64,000 nucleotides of DNA, from assembly GCA_965279525.1 (NCBI GenBank), contig CBDIIB010000005.1, forward strand, positions 1,312,001-1,376,000. The letters are read 5' to 3'. The stretch is from Tagaea sp. Lineage in GTDB: Bacteria; Pseudomonadota; Alphaproteobacteria; CACIAM-22H2. A program made the translations under genes and the position numbers. The notes below the pieces were generated by a model. It saw nothing but the letters and a program-made list of their open reading frames with translations. It ran no database searches and was not told the origin of the DNA. This document shows positions 50,215 to 63,200 of this stretch, one piece after another. Each line of letters begins with the position of its first letter. Within the stretch, counting starts at the first letter, position 1.

Positions 50215-51480
50215 ATGCGATTCAATGGAACATTTGCGGCAGCGTGCGCGCTGTCGGTCTGGGCCGGCGCCGCGATGGCCCAGGCACCGGTCGAGTTGCG
50301 TTACATGTGCTATGCCGACGCCAACGAATGCGAAGTGTCGCGCGAACTGCTCGACCGCTTCGAGAAGGCCAACGCCGGCATCAAGGTCGTCATCGACAAG
50401 GTCGGCTTCAACGTCATCCGCGAACAGCTTGAAACGCGCCTCGAGGCCGGCCAGGGCCCCGACATGGCGCGCGTCACCAATCTTGGCGGCCTCAACAAGT
50501 ACTATCTGGATCTGACGCCGCACGTTCAGGCGGCCTACTGGAACGACAATTTCGGCCAGACGCTGAACTGGATGCGCGTCGGCCCGAACGACAAGGGCAT
50601 CTACGGCTTCCTCACCCAGCTCACGATCACCGGACCGTTCGTCAACAAGACGATGTTCGCCGAAGCGGGCGTGCCTCTTCCCGGTGCGACCGCCACGTGG
50701 GACGACTGGGCGGCCGCGATCGCGCAGGTCCAGAAGAAGCTCAACGTCTATTCCGGCATCGAGATGGACCGCACGGGCCACCGCTTCGCGGGTCCCGCGA
50801 TGTCGTATGGCGCCAAGTACTTCGATGCCAACGGCCGTCCGGCCGTGACCGATGCCGGCTTCAAGGCGTTCTCCGAACGCATGGTGCGCTGGCACAAGGA
50901 AGGCCTGATGAAGGAGATCTGGCCGAGCTCTTCCGGGGCCCGCTGGAAGAACGCGGCCGACCAGTTCATCAACAAGGACACGGTCATGCATGTCGGCGGA
51001 TCGTGGATGATCCAGCGCTATTCCGAGACGATCGGCGACCGCTTCGACTGGGCCGCGATCCCGCAGCCCTGCGGTCCCGCAGGCTGTGCGGCGATGCCGG
51101 GCGGTGCGGCGATGGTCGGCTTCAAGGCGACCAAGAATCCGCAGGCCGTCGCCAAGGTGATGGAGTTCATGGCGTCGGAACCGGTGCTCAAGGAATATTA
51201 CGAGCGCACGCTCCAGATCCCGGCGCACAAGGGTCTGGCGCAGAAGGGCCTCGACTACGGCAAGAACGTCTCGCCGCAGGCGATCGCGGCGCTGAAGGTG
51301 TTCACCGCCAACTACGACAAGATCCCGGCGCAGGCCCACCAGCTGCAGGGCTACCAGCGCAATGTGGCGATCTTCAACGCGACGGCCAACAATATCTCGC
51401 AGGCGATCACCGGCGGCCTCTCGCTCGACGAGGCCTACAAGAAGGTCGACGAGGAGATCAAGCAGGCCGTCGGCAACTGA
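50215..51480 (+). CDS. Carbohydrate ABC transporter substrate-binding protein
   Basis: Signal peptide (AMA-Q), GPDMARVT, FVNKTMF, TWDDW, GSW, MPGG; CUT1-type SBP. Confidence 0.92.
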   Translation: MRFNGTFAAACALSVWAGAAMAQAPVELRYMCYADANECEVSRELLDRFEKANAGIKVVIDKVGFNVIREQLETRLEAGQGPDMARVTNLGGLNKYYLDLTPHVQAAYWNDNFGQTLNWMRVGPNDKGIYGFLTQLTITGPFVNKTMFAEAGVPLPGATATWDDWAAAIAQVQKKLNVYSGIEMDRTGHRFAGPAMSYGAKYFDANGRPAVTDAGFKAFSERMVRWHKEGLMKEIWPSSSGARWKNAADQFINKDTVMHVGGSWMIQRYSETIGDRFDWAAIPQPCGPAGCAAMPGGAAMVGFKATKNPQAVAKVMEFMASEPVLKEYYERTLQIPAHKGLAQKGLDYGKNVSPQAIAALKVFTANYDKIPAQAHQLQGYQRNVAIFNATANNISQAITGGLSLDEAYKKVDEEIKQAVGN

Positions 51481-51500
51481 CTTGAGTACGACGCACGACA

Positions 51501-51539
51501 CCGGCTCCCCCTCGGCCTTCGGTGCCGACGGGGGGCCGG
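51501..51539 (+). terminator. GC-rich hairpin with UUCG loop after the SBP gene (mRNA stabiliser)
   Basis: CCGGCTCCCC..TCGGC-CTTCGG..GCCGA..GGGGGGCCGG. Confidence 0.55.
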
Positions 51540-51541
51540 CA

Positions 51542-52576
51542 ATGCGCTGGATCGTGCTGCCGGCGCTGGCCGCACTGGATCCGCCGATGCGGTGGATACA
51601 GCGACGGATCGGGATCGCACGACTTCCCTACGTGTTCCTGCTGCCGACGATGCTGATCTTCGGCATGTTCAGCTTCCTGCCGGCCGTCCTCAACATCTGG
51701 ATCTCGTTCACCGGCGGCAGTTCCACGCTTGTGGCCGCGCGCCCGTTTGTCGGCCTGCAGAATTACGAAGCACTGCTCGCGTGCGAATCGATCTTCGTGC
51801 CGAAAAGCTGCCCGGTCTCCGGCTTCGCCTTCTGGACCGGCATGTGGAACACGCTCGCGTTCGCGGTCATCCAGGTCCCGGTCATGATCGTCGTGGCGCT
51901 GGCGACCGCCATCGTCCTCAACCGCAAGATCCGCGCGCGCGGCTTCTGGCGCGCGATGTTCTTCTATCCGGTCATGCTTTCGCCCGTCGTCGTCGCAATC
52001 GTGTGGGACTGGGTGCTGAAGCGTCGCGGCATCCTCAACGCGCTGCTGACCGACCTGACGGCACACTACAACGCGGCTGTCGCATCATTGCCCTTCGACA
52101 TCGCGGTGGCCCCGTTCCGAGCGATCAACTGGCTCGGGGATGCGAGCACAAGCTGGCCGTTCTTCTGGATCGTCTTCGTCTATTCGTGGTCGCATCTGGG
52201 CTTCTACATGCTGATCCTGCTGGCCGGCCTCCAGGCGATCCCCAAGGATCTCTACGAGGCGGCCGAGATGGACGGCACGCCCGCGTGGCGCGCGTTCGCG
52301 CGCATCACGCTGCCTTTGCTGATGCCCACGCTGCTCGTCGCCCTCGTGCTTTCGCTGATCCGCGCCTTCCAGGTCTTCGACGAGGTCTACGTGCTGACCG
52401 GCGGCGGGCCCGGCACGGCCACGCGCATGGTCATCCAGCATATCTACGAGACCGCCTTCGTCAGCGATGCCAAGCTCTACGGCATTGCCGCGGCTTCCTC
52501 GGTGCTGCTCGCCGGGATCATCCTCGTGCTCACGCTCGTCCAGCTGGCGCTGTCGCGCCGCCAAGCAGGGGGCTGA
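51542..52576 (+). CDS. Carbohydrate ABC transporter permease
   Basis: FVGLQNY, EAA loop LQAIPKDLYEAAEMDG, LTGGGP. Confidence 0.93.
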   Translation: MRWIVLPALAALDPPMRWIQRRIGIARLPYVFLLPTMLIFGMFSFLPAVLNIWISFTGGSSTLVAARPFVGLQNYEALLACESIFVPKSCPVSGFAFWTGMWNTLAFAVIQVPVMIVVALATAIVLNRKIRARGFWRAMFFYPVMLSPVVVAIVWDWVLKRRGILNALLTDLTAHYNAAVASLPFDIAVAPFRAINWLGDASTSWPFFWIVFVYSWSHLGFYMLILLAGLQAIPKDLYEAAEMDGTPAWRAFARITLPLLMPTLLVALVLSLIRAFQVFDEVYVLTGGGPGTATRMVIQHIYETAFVSDAKLYGIAAASSVLLAGIILVLTLVQLALSRRQAGG

Positions 52577-52577
52577 G

Positions 52578-53648
52578 ATGGGCCGGGTCCTGACCTTCCT
52601 CACGCGCACGCGCCGGCCCGGCCGCTTCGACTGGACCGACGCGCTCGCCTACGCCTATCTGGCATTGGGCGTCGTGCTGATCCTTGCCCCGGTTGTGTGG
52701 CTGTTCGTCTCATCGCTGAAGACGCAGCGTGCGCTGGTCGAAAGCGATCCGCGCTTCCTGCCCTACGAACAGGTGATGGTGACGCTGCCCGGTTCGACAA
52801 GGCCCGTGGGTCTCGTCGAGTGGACGGCGCCGGACGGGACAAAGCGCATCGTGGCGCAGATCCGCCCGTCGGGCGCCGATCTCGTCGTCGCCGATCCCGA
52901 AAAGCCGGACGCCACCTTCACCGTGCCGCGGCGGGAGACGAAGACGCACGAGCAGGTCCGCGCGCGCACCGAGAACTACACCGAGCCCACGTTGCAGGGC
53001 GGGCGGATGGGCACGTTCTATTTCCCGCGCTATTTCGTCAATTCGGCCTTCGTCACGGCCGTCGCGACGCTGATCACGCTCGCGATCAGTTCGATGGCGG
53101 CGTTCGCGCTCTCCAAATACCGGTTCGCCGGGCGCGACACGTTCATGTTCCTGATCGTCGCCACGCTGCTGATGCCGGCGACGGTCATCCTGGTGCCGCT
53201 GTTCGTCGTGGTGATGAATTTCGGCATGCTCGATTCGTTGTGGGGCGTCATCATCCCGGGTGCCGCCACGCCGACCGGCGTGTTCCTGCTGCGCCAGTAC
53301 ATGCTGACGATCCCCGACGAGCTGATCGAGGCGGCGCGCATGGATTCGGCCTCGGAATGGAAGATCTACTACCGGATCATCCTGCCGTTGGCGCTGCCCG
53401 CACTCGCGGTGCTGGCGATCCTGTCGATCATCTGGCGCTGGAACGACTTCCTGTGGCCGCTCGTCGTGCTGACGCGCTCGGAGAGTTTCACGCTCCAGCT
53501 CGGCCTTTCCTCGTTCAAGGGCGAGATGAACGACGCCACGCACTACCTGCTGGCGATGACGGTGCTGACGCTGCTGCCCGTCACGTTCGTCTTCGCCTTC
53601 CTGCAGAAATACATCACGACCGGCATCGCAAACACGGGCATGAAATAG
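52578..53648 (+). CDS. Carbohydrate ABC transporter permease
   Basis: IPDELIEAARMD, WNDFLWP; periplasmic insertion after TM1. Confidence 0.93.
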   Translation: MGRVLTFLTRTRRPGRFDWTDALAYAYLALGVVLILAPVVWLFVSSLKTQRALVESDPRFLPYEQVMVTLPGSTRPVGLVEWTAPDGTKRIVAQIRPSGADLVVADPEKPDATFTVPRRETKTHEQVRARTENYTEPTLQGGRMGTFYFPRYFVNSAFVTAVATLITLAISSMAAFALSKYRFAGRDTFMFLIVATLLMPATVILVPLFVVVMNFGMLDSLWGVIIPGAATPTGVFLLRQYMLTIPDELIEAARMDSASEWKIYYRIILPLALPALAVLAILSIIWRWNDFLWPLVVLTRSESFTLQLGLSSFKGEMNDATHYLLAMTVLTLLPVTFVFAFLQKYITTGIANTGMK

Positions 53649-53652
53649 CGCC

Positions 53653-54755
<1,103 letters not shown>

Positions 54756-54759
<4 letters not shown>

Positions 54760-57104
54760 TCGAGTTCAAGCGCATCGCGTCGGCGCGTCTGGCCGGCAAC
54801 GCGGCCGAATTCGCGCTCGAGGACGGGTACACGCTGCGCGTGGCGATCCTTTCGGGCGATCTGGCGCGCGTCACGCTGCTGCCGGCATCTGGCTTTCCGG
54901 TCGACCGCACCTGGATGGTGGCGCCGGAGGGCGACACGCCGCGCGAGGGCCGGTCGCGGATCGGCGATGCCGGCTTCGCGTGCCCGACGGCCGCGCTTGA
55001 AAGCGCCGAAGGCGGGCATCGAGTGGCAAGCGGCGACATCCGCGTGCGCGTGCTGGCGGATCCGCTGCGGCTGGTCTTCGAGCGCCGCACCGCCGACGGA
55101 AAGTTCCAGACCGTGCTCGCCGACCGCGAGAGTGCCGCCTATGTGCGGGCCGACGAGGGGCGGCGTGTGCGCCACTACCAGGCGCGCGACACGGCCGAGC
55201 GCTATTACGGCCTTGGCGACAAGACCGGACCGCTCGACCGCGCCGGCAGGCGTTTCCGCTGCCTGCAGCTCGATGCATTGGGCTACGACGCCGAGCAGGG
55301 CGATCCGCTCTACAAGCACGTGCCATTCTTCGTCGTGCGCAATCCCGACGCCGGCGTCGCAGGGCTCTTCTACGACACGCTGGCACCCGTCACGGTGGAT
55401 CTGGGCTGCGAGCGGTCGAACTATCACGGCATCTACCGGCATGTGGAAGTCGAGGAACCTGCTCTCGATTATTACGTGCTGTTCGGCGGGCGCATTGCGG
55501 ACATCGTGGAAGGCTTCGCACGGTTGACCGGCATGCCCTATCTGCCGCCGCGCTGGAGCTTCGGCTTCGCCTTCACGACGATGCATCATGCCGATGCGCC
55601 GAATGCGCAGGCGGTGATCGGGGGCTTTGCCGACCGCTGCCGGGCCGAAGGCATCCCGATCAGCGCCGTCCATTTCGGCTCGGGCTATTCCAGTCGCGGC
55701 AAGCGGCGCTACGTGTTCACGTGGAACCGCGACAAGTTCCCCGATCCCAAGGCGCTGTTCGCCAAGCTCAGGGGCATGGAGCTGAAGACCGTCGCGAACC
55801 TGAAGCCCGTGCTGATCGACGACCATCCGGCCTATGCCGGGCTCGCGGCGGCGCAAGGCTTCCTCAGCGCGCCCGATGGCAAGCCTGTCGTCGAGCAGTT
55901 CTGGGACGGACACGGCAGCTTCCTCGATTTCACGAATGCCGCGACCACCGACTGGTGGCAGAAGAACTTCGCCGCCCAGGTGCTCGATGTCGGGTTCGAC
56001 GCCGGCTGGAACGACAACAACGAGTACGAGGCATGGCGCGATGGCTCGCGCTCGCACGGCTTCGGGCGCAGCCTGCCGGTTTCGGCCTCGCGTCCGCTGC
56101 ATGCGCTGCTGATGACCCGGGCGACCTTCGAGGAAACGAAGCGCCGCACGCCCGACAAGCGGCCCTTCACGATCACGCGCGCCGGCCCGCCGGGCATCCA
56201 GCGCTATGCCGAGACGTGGTCGGGCGACAACTACACGTCCTGGCATACGCTGAAGTGGAACATCCGAAACGGCCTGTCGATGGCGCTTTCGGGCATGGGC
56301 AAGGTCGGCCACGATATCGGCGGCTTCGCGGGGCCGCAGCCGGACCCCGAACTGCTGTGCCGCTGGGTCGAGATGATGGCGCTGCATCCGCGCGCCGTGA
56401 TGAATTCGTGGAAGCCTGCGGTCGGTGCCGCGACCGAGCCATGGACGCATCCCTCGGTGCTCGATGCGGTGCGTGCCGCTCTCGAACTGCGCTACAGGCT
56501 GCTGCCGGTGATGTACACGCAAGCCTGGCTTGCCCACACGCGCGGCACGCCGCCGATCGCGCCACTCTTCTATCACTATGACGGCGACCCGGACTGCTTT
56601 GCCGAGCACGATGCCTTTTTGATAGGTCCGGACCTGCTTGCCGCCCCGGTCGTGGCGCCGGGCGAGCGCATGCGACGTGTCTATCTTCCGGCCGGCCCCG
56701 AGGGCTGGGTCGATTTCCATACCGGCCGGCGCCATGCCGCCGGCGCGCACACGCAAGTCGAAGCGCCGCTCGGCCGGCCGCCGCTGTTCGTGCGCGTGGG
56801 TGCCGCTCTGCTACTCGCGGCGCGCGACATCCCGCGCGTGCGGCCGCACGATGCGCCCGCCCGCACGCTCTATGCCGTACCGGGCTCGACGGATGGCAGC
56901 GGTGCAAGCCCGCACTTCGAGGATGACGGCGAAGGCTGGAGCCTTGCAAACGGCGATCACTTCGCCGGCGACGTGCGGATCGACTGGAGCGCCAGGGAAC
57001 TCCGCGTTTCGGTCAAGCACCGGACGGGCAAGCGTGCCGTTCCGGCAACGGACTTCTCGGTCGAAGTGCCGACCGTGGATGGTCGGCGCATCGTTATAGC
57101 TTAA
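54756..57104 (+). CDS. Glycoside hydrolase family 31, no signal peptide
   Basis: YGLGDK, DPLYKHVPF, PPRWSFG, nucleophile WNDNNE, acid/base WSGDN, GHDIGGF. Confidence 0.92.
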
Positions 57105-57289
57105 TTACCTAGGCTAATTTACATCCAGCATACCATGCGCATCTCGCAAATCGCGAATCACTCAATAGTTTCCGATTGTTCGAGGGCGTTTCCCGGCTGA
57201 CCGCGGTTGACGGCCCCGCCGGCCCCGCTGAAAATGCATGAGGCCGCCGGGATCGTCCGTGGTGCGCTTCGCGTGCAGAAGGAGTCGTC

Positions 57290-58126
57290 ATGTCGGTGCG
57301 GCACAGCCTGGCGGTCCTGGCGCTCGCGGCCGCCTTTGCCGGCGCCGCACCCGGTGCCGTCGCCGCCCAGGATCTCCAGTTCGGCGTGCTGCCCAACGTC
57401 AGCGCGCGGGTCATCCTCACCAACTACCGGCCGTTCCGCGAATATCTTGCCGCGGCACTTGGCCAGCCGGTCGAGGTGACGACGGCGCCCGATTTCCGCG
57501 AATTCCATGCGCGAACGATGGCCGGCGCCTATGATCTCGTCGTGACGGCCTCCAATCTCGGCCGTCTCGCGCAGGTCGACGCGAAGCTCGAACTCATCGC
57601 CGGCTTCGATCCGCCGATCCCGGCACTGCTCGTCATGCGCAAGGCGGCACCGGTCACGGCGATCGAATCACTTCGCGGCAAGTCGCTGGCGGTCGCCAAT
57701 CCGCAGTCGCTGGTCGTCCTTCGCGGCAAGAACTGGCTCAAGGAGCAGGGGCTTGTCTTCGACGTCGACTACAAGACGACCTGGGCGCGCAACGAAGACA
57801 GTCTCGCGCAGGTCCTCGTGTCGGGCGAAGCGCCGCTGGCGATGATGAGCATGGGCGAGTTCCGCACGATCCGCGAGGAGATCCGCCAGACTCTCGATGT
57901 CCATCGCGAATTCGCGCGCGTGCCCAACTTCTTCGTGCTGCGCGGCAGGGAGATGCCGGCCGCGCGCGCGGCGGCCCTGCGCGACGCGATCGCCCGGTTT
58001 CCGTCGACCGATCTTGGCCGTGAGTTCCTGACACTGACGAACGTGCAGAACATCCGGCCGGTTCCGGGCGCGGATCTCGCGGTTCTCGATGGTGTCGTCG
58101 ACGAAACGCGAAATCTCTTGCGCTGA
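57290..58126 (+). CDS. PhnD/phosphonate-type periplasmic binding protein
   Basis: Signal peptide; FGVLP..SAR....YRPFREYL....GQPVEVTTAPDFREF; LRGKSLA; SD AAGGAG. Confidence 0.8.
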   Translation: MSVRHSLAVLALAAAFAGAAPGAVAAQDLQFGVLPNVSARVILTNYRPFREYLAAALGQPVEVTTAPDFREFHARTMAGAYDLVVTASNLGRLAQVDAKLELIAGFDPPIPALLVMRKAAPVTAIESLRGKSLAVANPQSLVVLRGKNWLKEQGLVFDVDYKTTWARNEDSLAQVLVSGEAPLAMMSMGEFRTIREEIRQTLDVHREFARVPNFFVLRGREMPAARAAALRDAIARFPSTDLGREFLTLTNVQNIRPVPGADLAVLDGVVDETRNLLR

Positions 58127-58152
58127 GGAAGGACGACCCCCGGGGTCCCCCG

Positions 58153-60099
58153 ATGTTCCAGCGCATTCCCTTCCGGTTCAAGCTTTTCGCCGCCGGTGCT
58201 CTGGCCCTGCTGGCCGTCACGGGCGTGCACACCTATATCCAGGCCGCCCTCGTCGAGGAGGCCCTGACGCGTCAGGTCGTGGAGCGCGCCGAGGCCGAAC
58301 GCCCGTTCTTCCGCGCTTCCATCGCCAGCCTGCTGGTCACGCGCGACTACGCGACGATCGCCGACGTGTTCCGCGAAAGTGCCGCGACCAACGGCCTCGC
58401 GCATCTGGCGCTCGTCGACGCGCGCGGCAATACGGTGGCGTGCGAGGGCTGGGATCCGGCATTGCACGGCCTTCCGGTCGAATCGGCCGACCCTGTCCGC
58501 GGCCCGGACGGCACGTTGCGCCTGCCCTTCGCGATCCCGATCGAATATGCCGGCCAGAATCTCGGCACGCTCTACTACGGCGTGTCGTGGGCGCCGATCG
58601 AGGCGGCGCACGCCGAGATCCTCCGGCGGGGCCTGATCATCGGCGCCGTCAGCCTCGTCGTGGCGCTGATGATGATGGAGTGGCTCCACGCGCTGATCAT
58701 GCGCCCGTTGACGCGCCTGCGCGAGGCGAGCGAGGCGATCCGCAAGGGCGAGTTCGATGTCGGCCTGCCGCCGACCGGCGGCAACGACATCGGACGGCTG
58801 ACCGAGAGCTTCCGCTTCATGGCGTCCGAGATCGCCACGCGCATCCGGGCCCTCGAGGCGAGCGAGGCAGCACAGCGCGATTTGCTCGAGGAAGCGCGGC
58901 TGCGCGAAATCCAGCTTGCCGAGGCGCGCGACAAGGCGGAAGAAGCCGCGCGCACCAAGGCCCGCTTCCTCGCGACGATGAGCCACGAGATCCGCACGCC
59001 GCTAAACGGCGTGCTGGGCCTGTCGAGCGTGCTGCTCGACCAGCGTTTCGATCCCGAGCAGCGCCGGCTCGTCCAGCTCATCCAGGATTCGGGCGAGCAG
59101 CTTCTCGGCATCGTCAACGACGTGCTCGACTATTCCAAGCTCGACGCCGACAAGCTGGTGCTCGAGCGCACGGAGTTCGCGCCCGCGCGCCTGACGCACG
59201 ACACGGTCGAAGGATTCAAGGGCAGGGCTGCGGCCAAGGGTCTCGAGTTCGGATGCGACGTGGCGCCAGGCGTGGCCGAACGCTTCGCCGGCGACGCGAT
59301 CCGCGTGCGCCAGATCCTCGATAACCTGGTCGCCAACGCGATCAAGTTCACGACGCACGGGCGTGTCGACGTTTCGCTGCGCATGCTCGACGATGCGCGC
59401 GCCTCGCTCGAGTGGCGCATCACCGATACCGGCATCGGGATCCCGCCCGAGCGGCGTGGCGAACTTTTCCAGGATTTCATGCAGGTCGATTCGACGACCG
59501 CGCGCCGCTTCGGCGGGACGGGGCTGGGCCTTGCGATCTGCCGCCGCCTGATCAAGCTGATGGACGGCGAGATCTCGGTCGAATCGCAGGTCGGCAAAGG
59601 ATCGGCATTCACGTTCCGCCTGCCGACGCGGTCGCTCGAACCGGCCGCTGCACCCGCGTCCTTGCCGGCCGTACGCGCGGTCCCGGCACCGGTGCGCCGC
59701 GGGTCGGGCCTGTACGTCCTTGCCGCCGAGGACAACGAGATCAACCGCTACGTGATCGAGAAGCTGCTCGAGGGAATGGGCCACGACGTCGTGTTCGCCG
59801 CCGACGGCGCCGAGGCCATCGAGCTCGCTGGACGGCTGCGCTTTGACGTGGTGCTGATGGACATCCAGATGCCGATGGTCGACGGCATCACGGCTGCCGG
59901 CCGCATCCGGGCGATGGAAGGTGCGGGCGCGCATGTGCCGATCATCGCGCTGACCGCGCATGCGATGGCGGGCGATCGGGAAAGCTACCTGAAGGCCGGC
60001 ATGGACGATTACGTCGCCAAGCCGATCGATCCCGATGCCCTGGCACGCGCGCTGGCCCGGGTGACCGGACGAGGACACGGTTTAAGATTGTTATCTTAG
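58153..60099 (+). CDS. Hybrid sensor histidine kinase (2 TM, HAMP, HisKA, HATPase, receiver)
   Basis: FLATMSHEIRTPLNG, NLVANAIKFT, DTGIGI, GGTGLGL, AEDN, VLMDIQMP, KP. Confidence 0.95.
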   Translation: MFQRIPFRFKLFAAGALALLAVTGVHTYIQAALVEEALTRQVVERAEAERPFFRASIASLLVTRDYATIADVFRESAATNGLAHLALVDARGNTVACEGWDPALHGLPVESADPVRGPDGTLRLPFAIPIEYAGQNLGTLYYGVSWAPIEAAHAEILRRGLIIGAVSLVVALMMMEWLHALIMRPLTRLREASEAIRKGEFDVGLPPTGGNDIGRLTESFRFMASEIATRIRALEASEAAQRDLLEEARLREIQLAEARDKAEEAARTKARFLATMSHEIRTPLNGVLGLSSVLLDQRFDPEQRRLVQLIQDSGEQLLGIVNDVLDYSKLDADKLVLERTEFAPARLTHDTVEGFKGRAAAKGLEFGCDVAPGVAERFAGDAIRVRQILDNLVANAIKFTTHGRVDVSLRMLDDARASLEWRITDTGIGIPPERRGELFQDFMQVDSTTARRFGGTGLGLAICRRLIKLMDGEISVESQVGKGSAFTFRLPTRSLEPAAAPASLPAVRAVPAPVRRGSGLYVLAAEDNEINRYVIEKLLEGMGHDVVFAADGAEAIELAGRLRFDVVLMDIQMPMVDGITAAGRIRAMEGAGAHVPIIALTAHAMAGDRESYLKAGMDDYVAKPIDPDALARALARVTGRGHGLRLLS

Positions 60100-60111
60100 A
60101 TAATTTTGGAC

Positions 60112-60140
60112 TTCAGGATATATGATATATTACCTATAAT
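60112..60140 (+). promoter_or_regulatory. Candidate sigma70 promoter in the AT-rich region upstream of the TpsA gene
   Basis: TTCAGG-N17-TATAAT; palindrome TAAGAT-TGTT-ATCTTA just upstream at 60083-60098. Confidence 0.45.
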
Positions 60141-60289
60141 TTTCAGCGATGCCCGCCCATTTTTTATTGAAATTCGACGCATCTGAGTTTGGCAAAGAAT
60201 GCGTTAACGATTAGAATTTCTGCTCTTGGATGTTCGCAAGTTCCGTCGCCGGGACCCCCTCCGGCGGCGTCATGTAAGTCCGGCGGCCC

Positions 60290-63200
60290 ATGCCCGAGGC
60301 GACGACACCCCCTGACCGGCACACGACACGACGCGCGGCATCGCGTCGTTCGGCGCGCTGGGGTCGTCGACGCTTGCAGCGCGCCCATCTCGGATGGCCC
60401 CTTGCACTGGCACTCGGCAGTTCGCTCGCCGGTCCTGCGTTCGCGCAGAACCTGCCGCAGGGCGGCACCGTCACGGGCGGATCGGGCACGATCCAGCAGA
60501 TCGACGCGAACCTGCTGCAGATCCAGCAGAACACGCAGAACATGTCGATCGACTGGCAGAGCTTCAATGTCGGTCCGTCGGGCATCGTGCGCTTCCTGCA
60601 GCCCAGTTCGAGTTCCATCGCGCTCAACCGCGTCATCGGCAACGACCCTTCCGCGATCTACGGCCAGATCCAGGCGAACGGGCAGGTCATCCTGCTCAAT
60701 CCCAAAGGCATCTATTTCGGACCCAACAGCAGCGTCGACGTCAACGCGCTGGTCGCGACGACGGCGAACATCCGCAACGACGATTTCATGGCCGGGCGGC
60801 TGCACTTCGAGCAGGGCTCGGGCGATCCCGACGCGCGCGTGGTCAACGCGGGCCTCGTCTCGGTGGCGCAGGGCGGATTCGCGATTCTCGCGGCCGCCGG
60901 CGTGCAGAACACCGGCCGCATCGTCGCGAACGGCGGCACGGTCGTGCTCGCAGGCACGAAGACGTTCACGGTCGACTTCCACGGCGACGGGCTGCTGAGC
61001 TTCGCGGCGACCGGCACGGTCGAACAGGCGCCGTCGGGCGCATCGGCACTCGTCGACAATTCGGGCATCGTCGAGGCGGCGGGCGGGCGCGTGCTGATGA
61101 CCGCACGCGCCGCGCGCGACGTGCTGGCCAACGTCATCAACACGACCGGCATCGTCGTGGCGCACACGGCGCAGATGGTCAACGGCGAGATCGTCATCGA
61201 CGGCGGCGACAACGGCATCGTCAATGTCGGCGGCACGCTCGACGCGTCGGGCCGGGGTGCGGGCGAGACCGGCGGCACGGTCAAGGTGCTGGGCGAATCC
61301 GTGCGGCTTGCCGCGGGTGCCGCCATCGATGCGGCCGGCGATGCCGGCGGCGGCACGGTGCTGGTCGGCGGCAACTACCAGGGACAGGGGCCCGAGCGCA
61401 CCGCGCGGATCGCCTACATGGACGCGGCCGCGGTGATCGACGCGAGCGCGCTGACGTCGGGCAACGGCGGCAAGGTCATCCTGTGGGCCGACGACACGGC
61501 CAGCATGGCCGGCACGATCTCGGCGCGCGGCGGCGCGCTGTCGGGCAATGGCGGCTTCGTCGAGACATCCGGCAAGAACCGGATCTCCATCGCCGACACG
61601 ACGCGCGTCTACACGACGGGCGCCACCGGCAACGCCGGCAACTGGCTGATCGATCCGACCGACTTCACGATCGCCTTCTCCGGCGGCGACATGACCGGTG
61701 CGGCACTCATCATCAATCTGGGGCTCGGAAACGTCACGATCCAGTCGAATTCGGGCGGCAGCGGCACGAGCGGCACGATCTTCGTCAACGACGCGATCAT
61801 CAATACGGCACTCGGTGCGCGCACGCTGACCCTCGACGCGGTTGGCGGGATCGAGATCAACAGCGCGATCAGTTCGACCCTCAATCCGCTGAACCTCAAC
61901 CTGTGGGCCGGCAGCGACATCGTCATCGCCGCCAACATCTCGACGAATGGCGGCAATGTCACGACGAACGGCACGGGCGGTGCGGGTCAGGCGGGCGGCG
62001 TCTTCTCGAACAGCTACGCCCTCGATGTCGGGTCGGGCAACATCACGCTCAACCAGGCGTTCGGCATCTCGATGCCCGGCTCGATCCTGACATCGACGGG
62101 AACGGTCACGTTCAACTCGGACGGCAACGTGACGAACGCCGCCGGCGGCTACATCACCGGCCCCGCCAATCTCGTCGTCGCCGGCACCGGTAACGTCACG
62201 CTCAATTCGGCAAGCAACGCGATCTCGAACATCACGCTCAACCGGACGGGCACGGCCGGCAACATCTCGATCGTCAGTTCGATCTCGCCCAACATCCAGA
62301 CCTCCACGCTCGGCACCGGCACCTTCAGCATCACCGGCGTGGGCTTCGTGCAGTCGGGCACGATCACGCAGGATGGCGGCGGCGGTGCCGTCACGATCAA
62401 CGGCGGCACGGGCAGCGTCACGCTGGGCCAGGCCAACACGTTCACCGGTGCTCTCACCGTCACCAGCGACTTGATCTCGGCGACGGCCGCGCAGACTCTG
62501 TCTTCGGCGCTCACGCTGCAGCCGTACACGGCCAGCACGAACGTCATCTTCAACGGCTCCGGCGGCGGATTGCAGCTGACCGCGGCGACTCTCGGGAACT
62601 TCTCCGGCTACACGTCGCTGACGGCGGGATCGAGCACCGCCGGCACGCTCACCGTTTCAAGCGCCTTCGCGGCACCCGCCAACGTCGATGTGAACCTGCT
62701 GTCGGGCGGCGCCATGTCGGTCTCCGGCAACCTGACAACGTCGGGCACGGGCAGCATCGATCTGCGGTCGGCGGCGAACGTCGTCGTCTCGGGCGATCTT
62801 ACGACTGGCGGCGGCGACATCTACGTCACTGGCAATGTCGCGTCCTGGGCCGGGCCGTTCGACAGCAATACGCCGGTCTACGGCAGCACCGCGGGCGCGT
62901 TCAACGGCGTCAGCATCACTGGCGGCGTCACCCTCGACGCCGGCGGCGGCGACATCTCCATCGCCGGCAAAGGTGGCGACTCGGGAGCGAACCTGCATGG
63001 CGTGCTGCAGGCGGCCAGCTCGGTCATCGGGACGTCGGGTGCCGGCAAGATCACGATCGCCGGCCTGGGCGGCTCGCCGGCCGGCGGCAACAACCATATA
63101 GGCATCGAGATCGGCGGTTCTATCACCGCGGCCGGGACGGGCGGCATCAAGCTGACCGGAACCGGCGGTGCCGCGACCGGCGCCAGCAACCAGTCCCATG

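Noticed and set aside
57105-57289. AT-rich spacer after GH31 as a possible riboswitch or sRNA
   Set aside because: Explained by a plausible promoter (TTGACG-N17-GAAAAT at 57207-57235); no recognisable aptamer motif
60230-60277. In-frame 15-codon upstream ORF (MFASSVAGTPSGGVM) before the TpsA
   Set aside because: No SD and no informative composition; stop read-through is not needed to give a signal peptide
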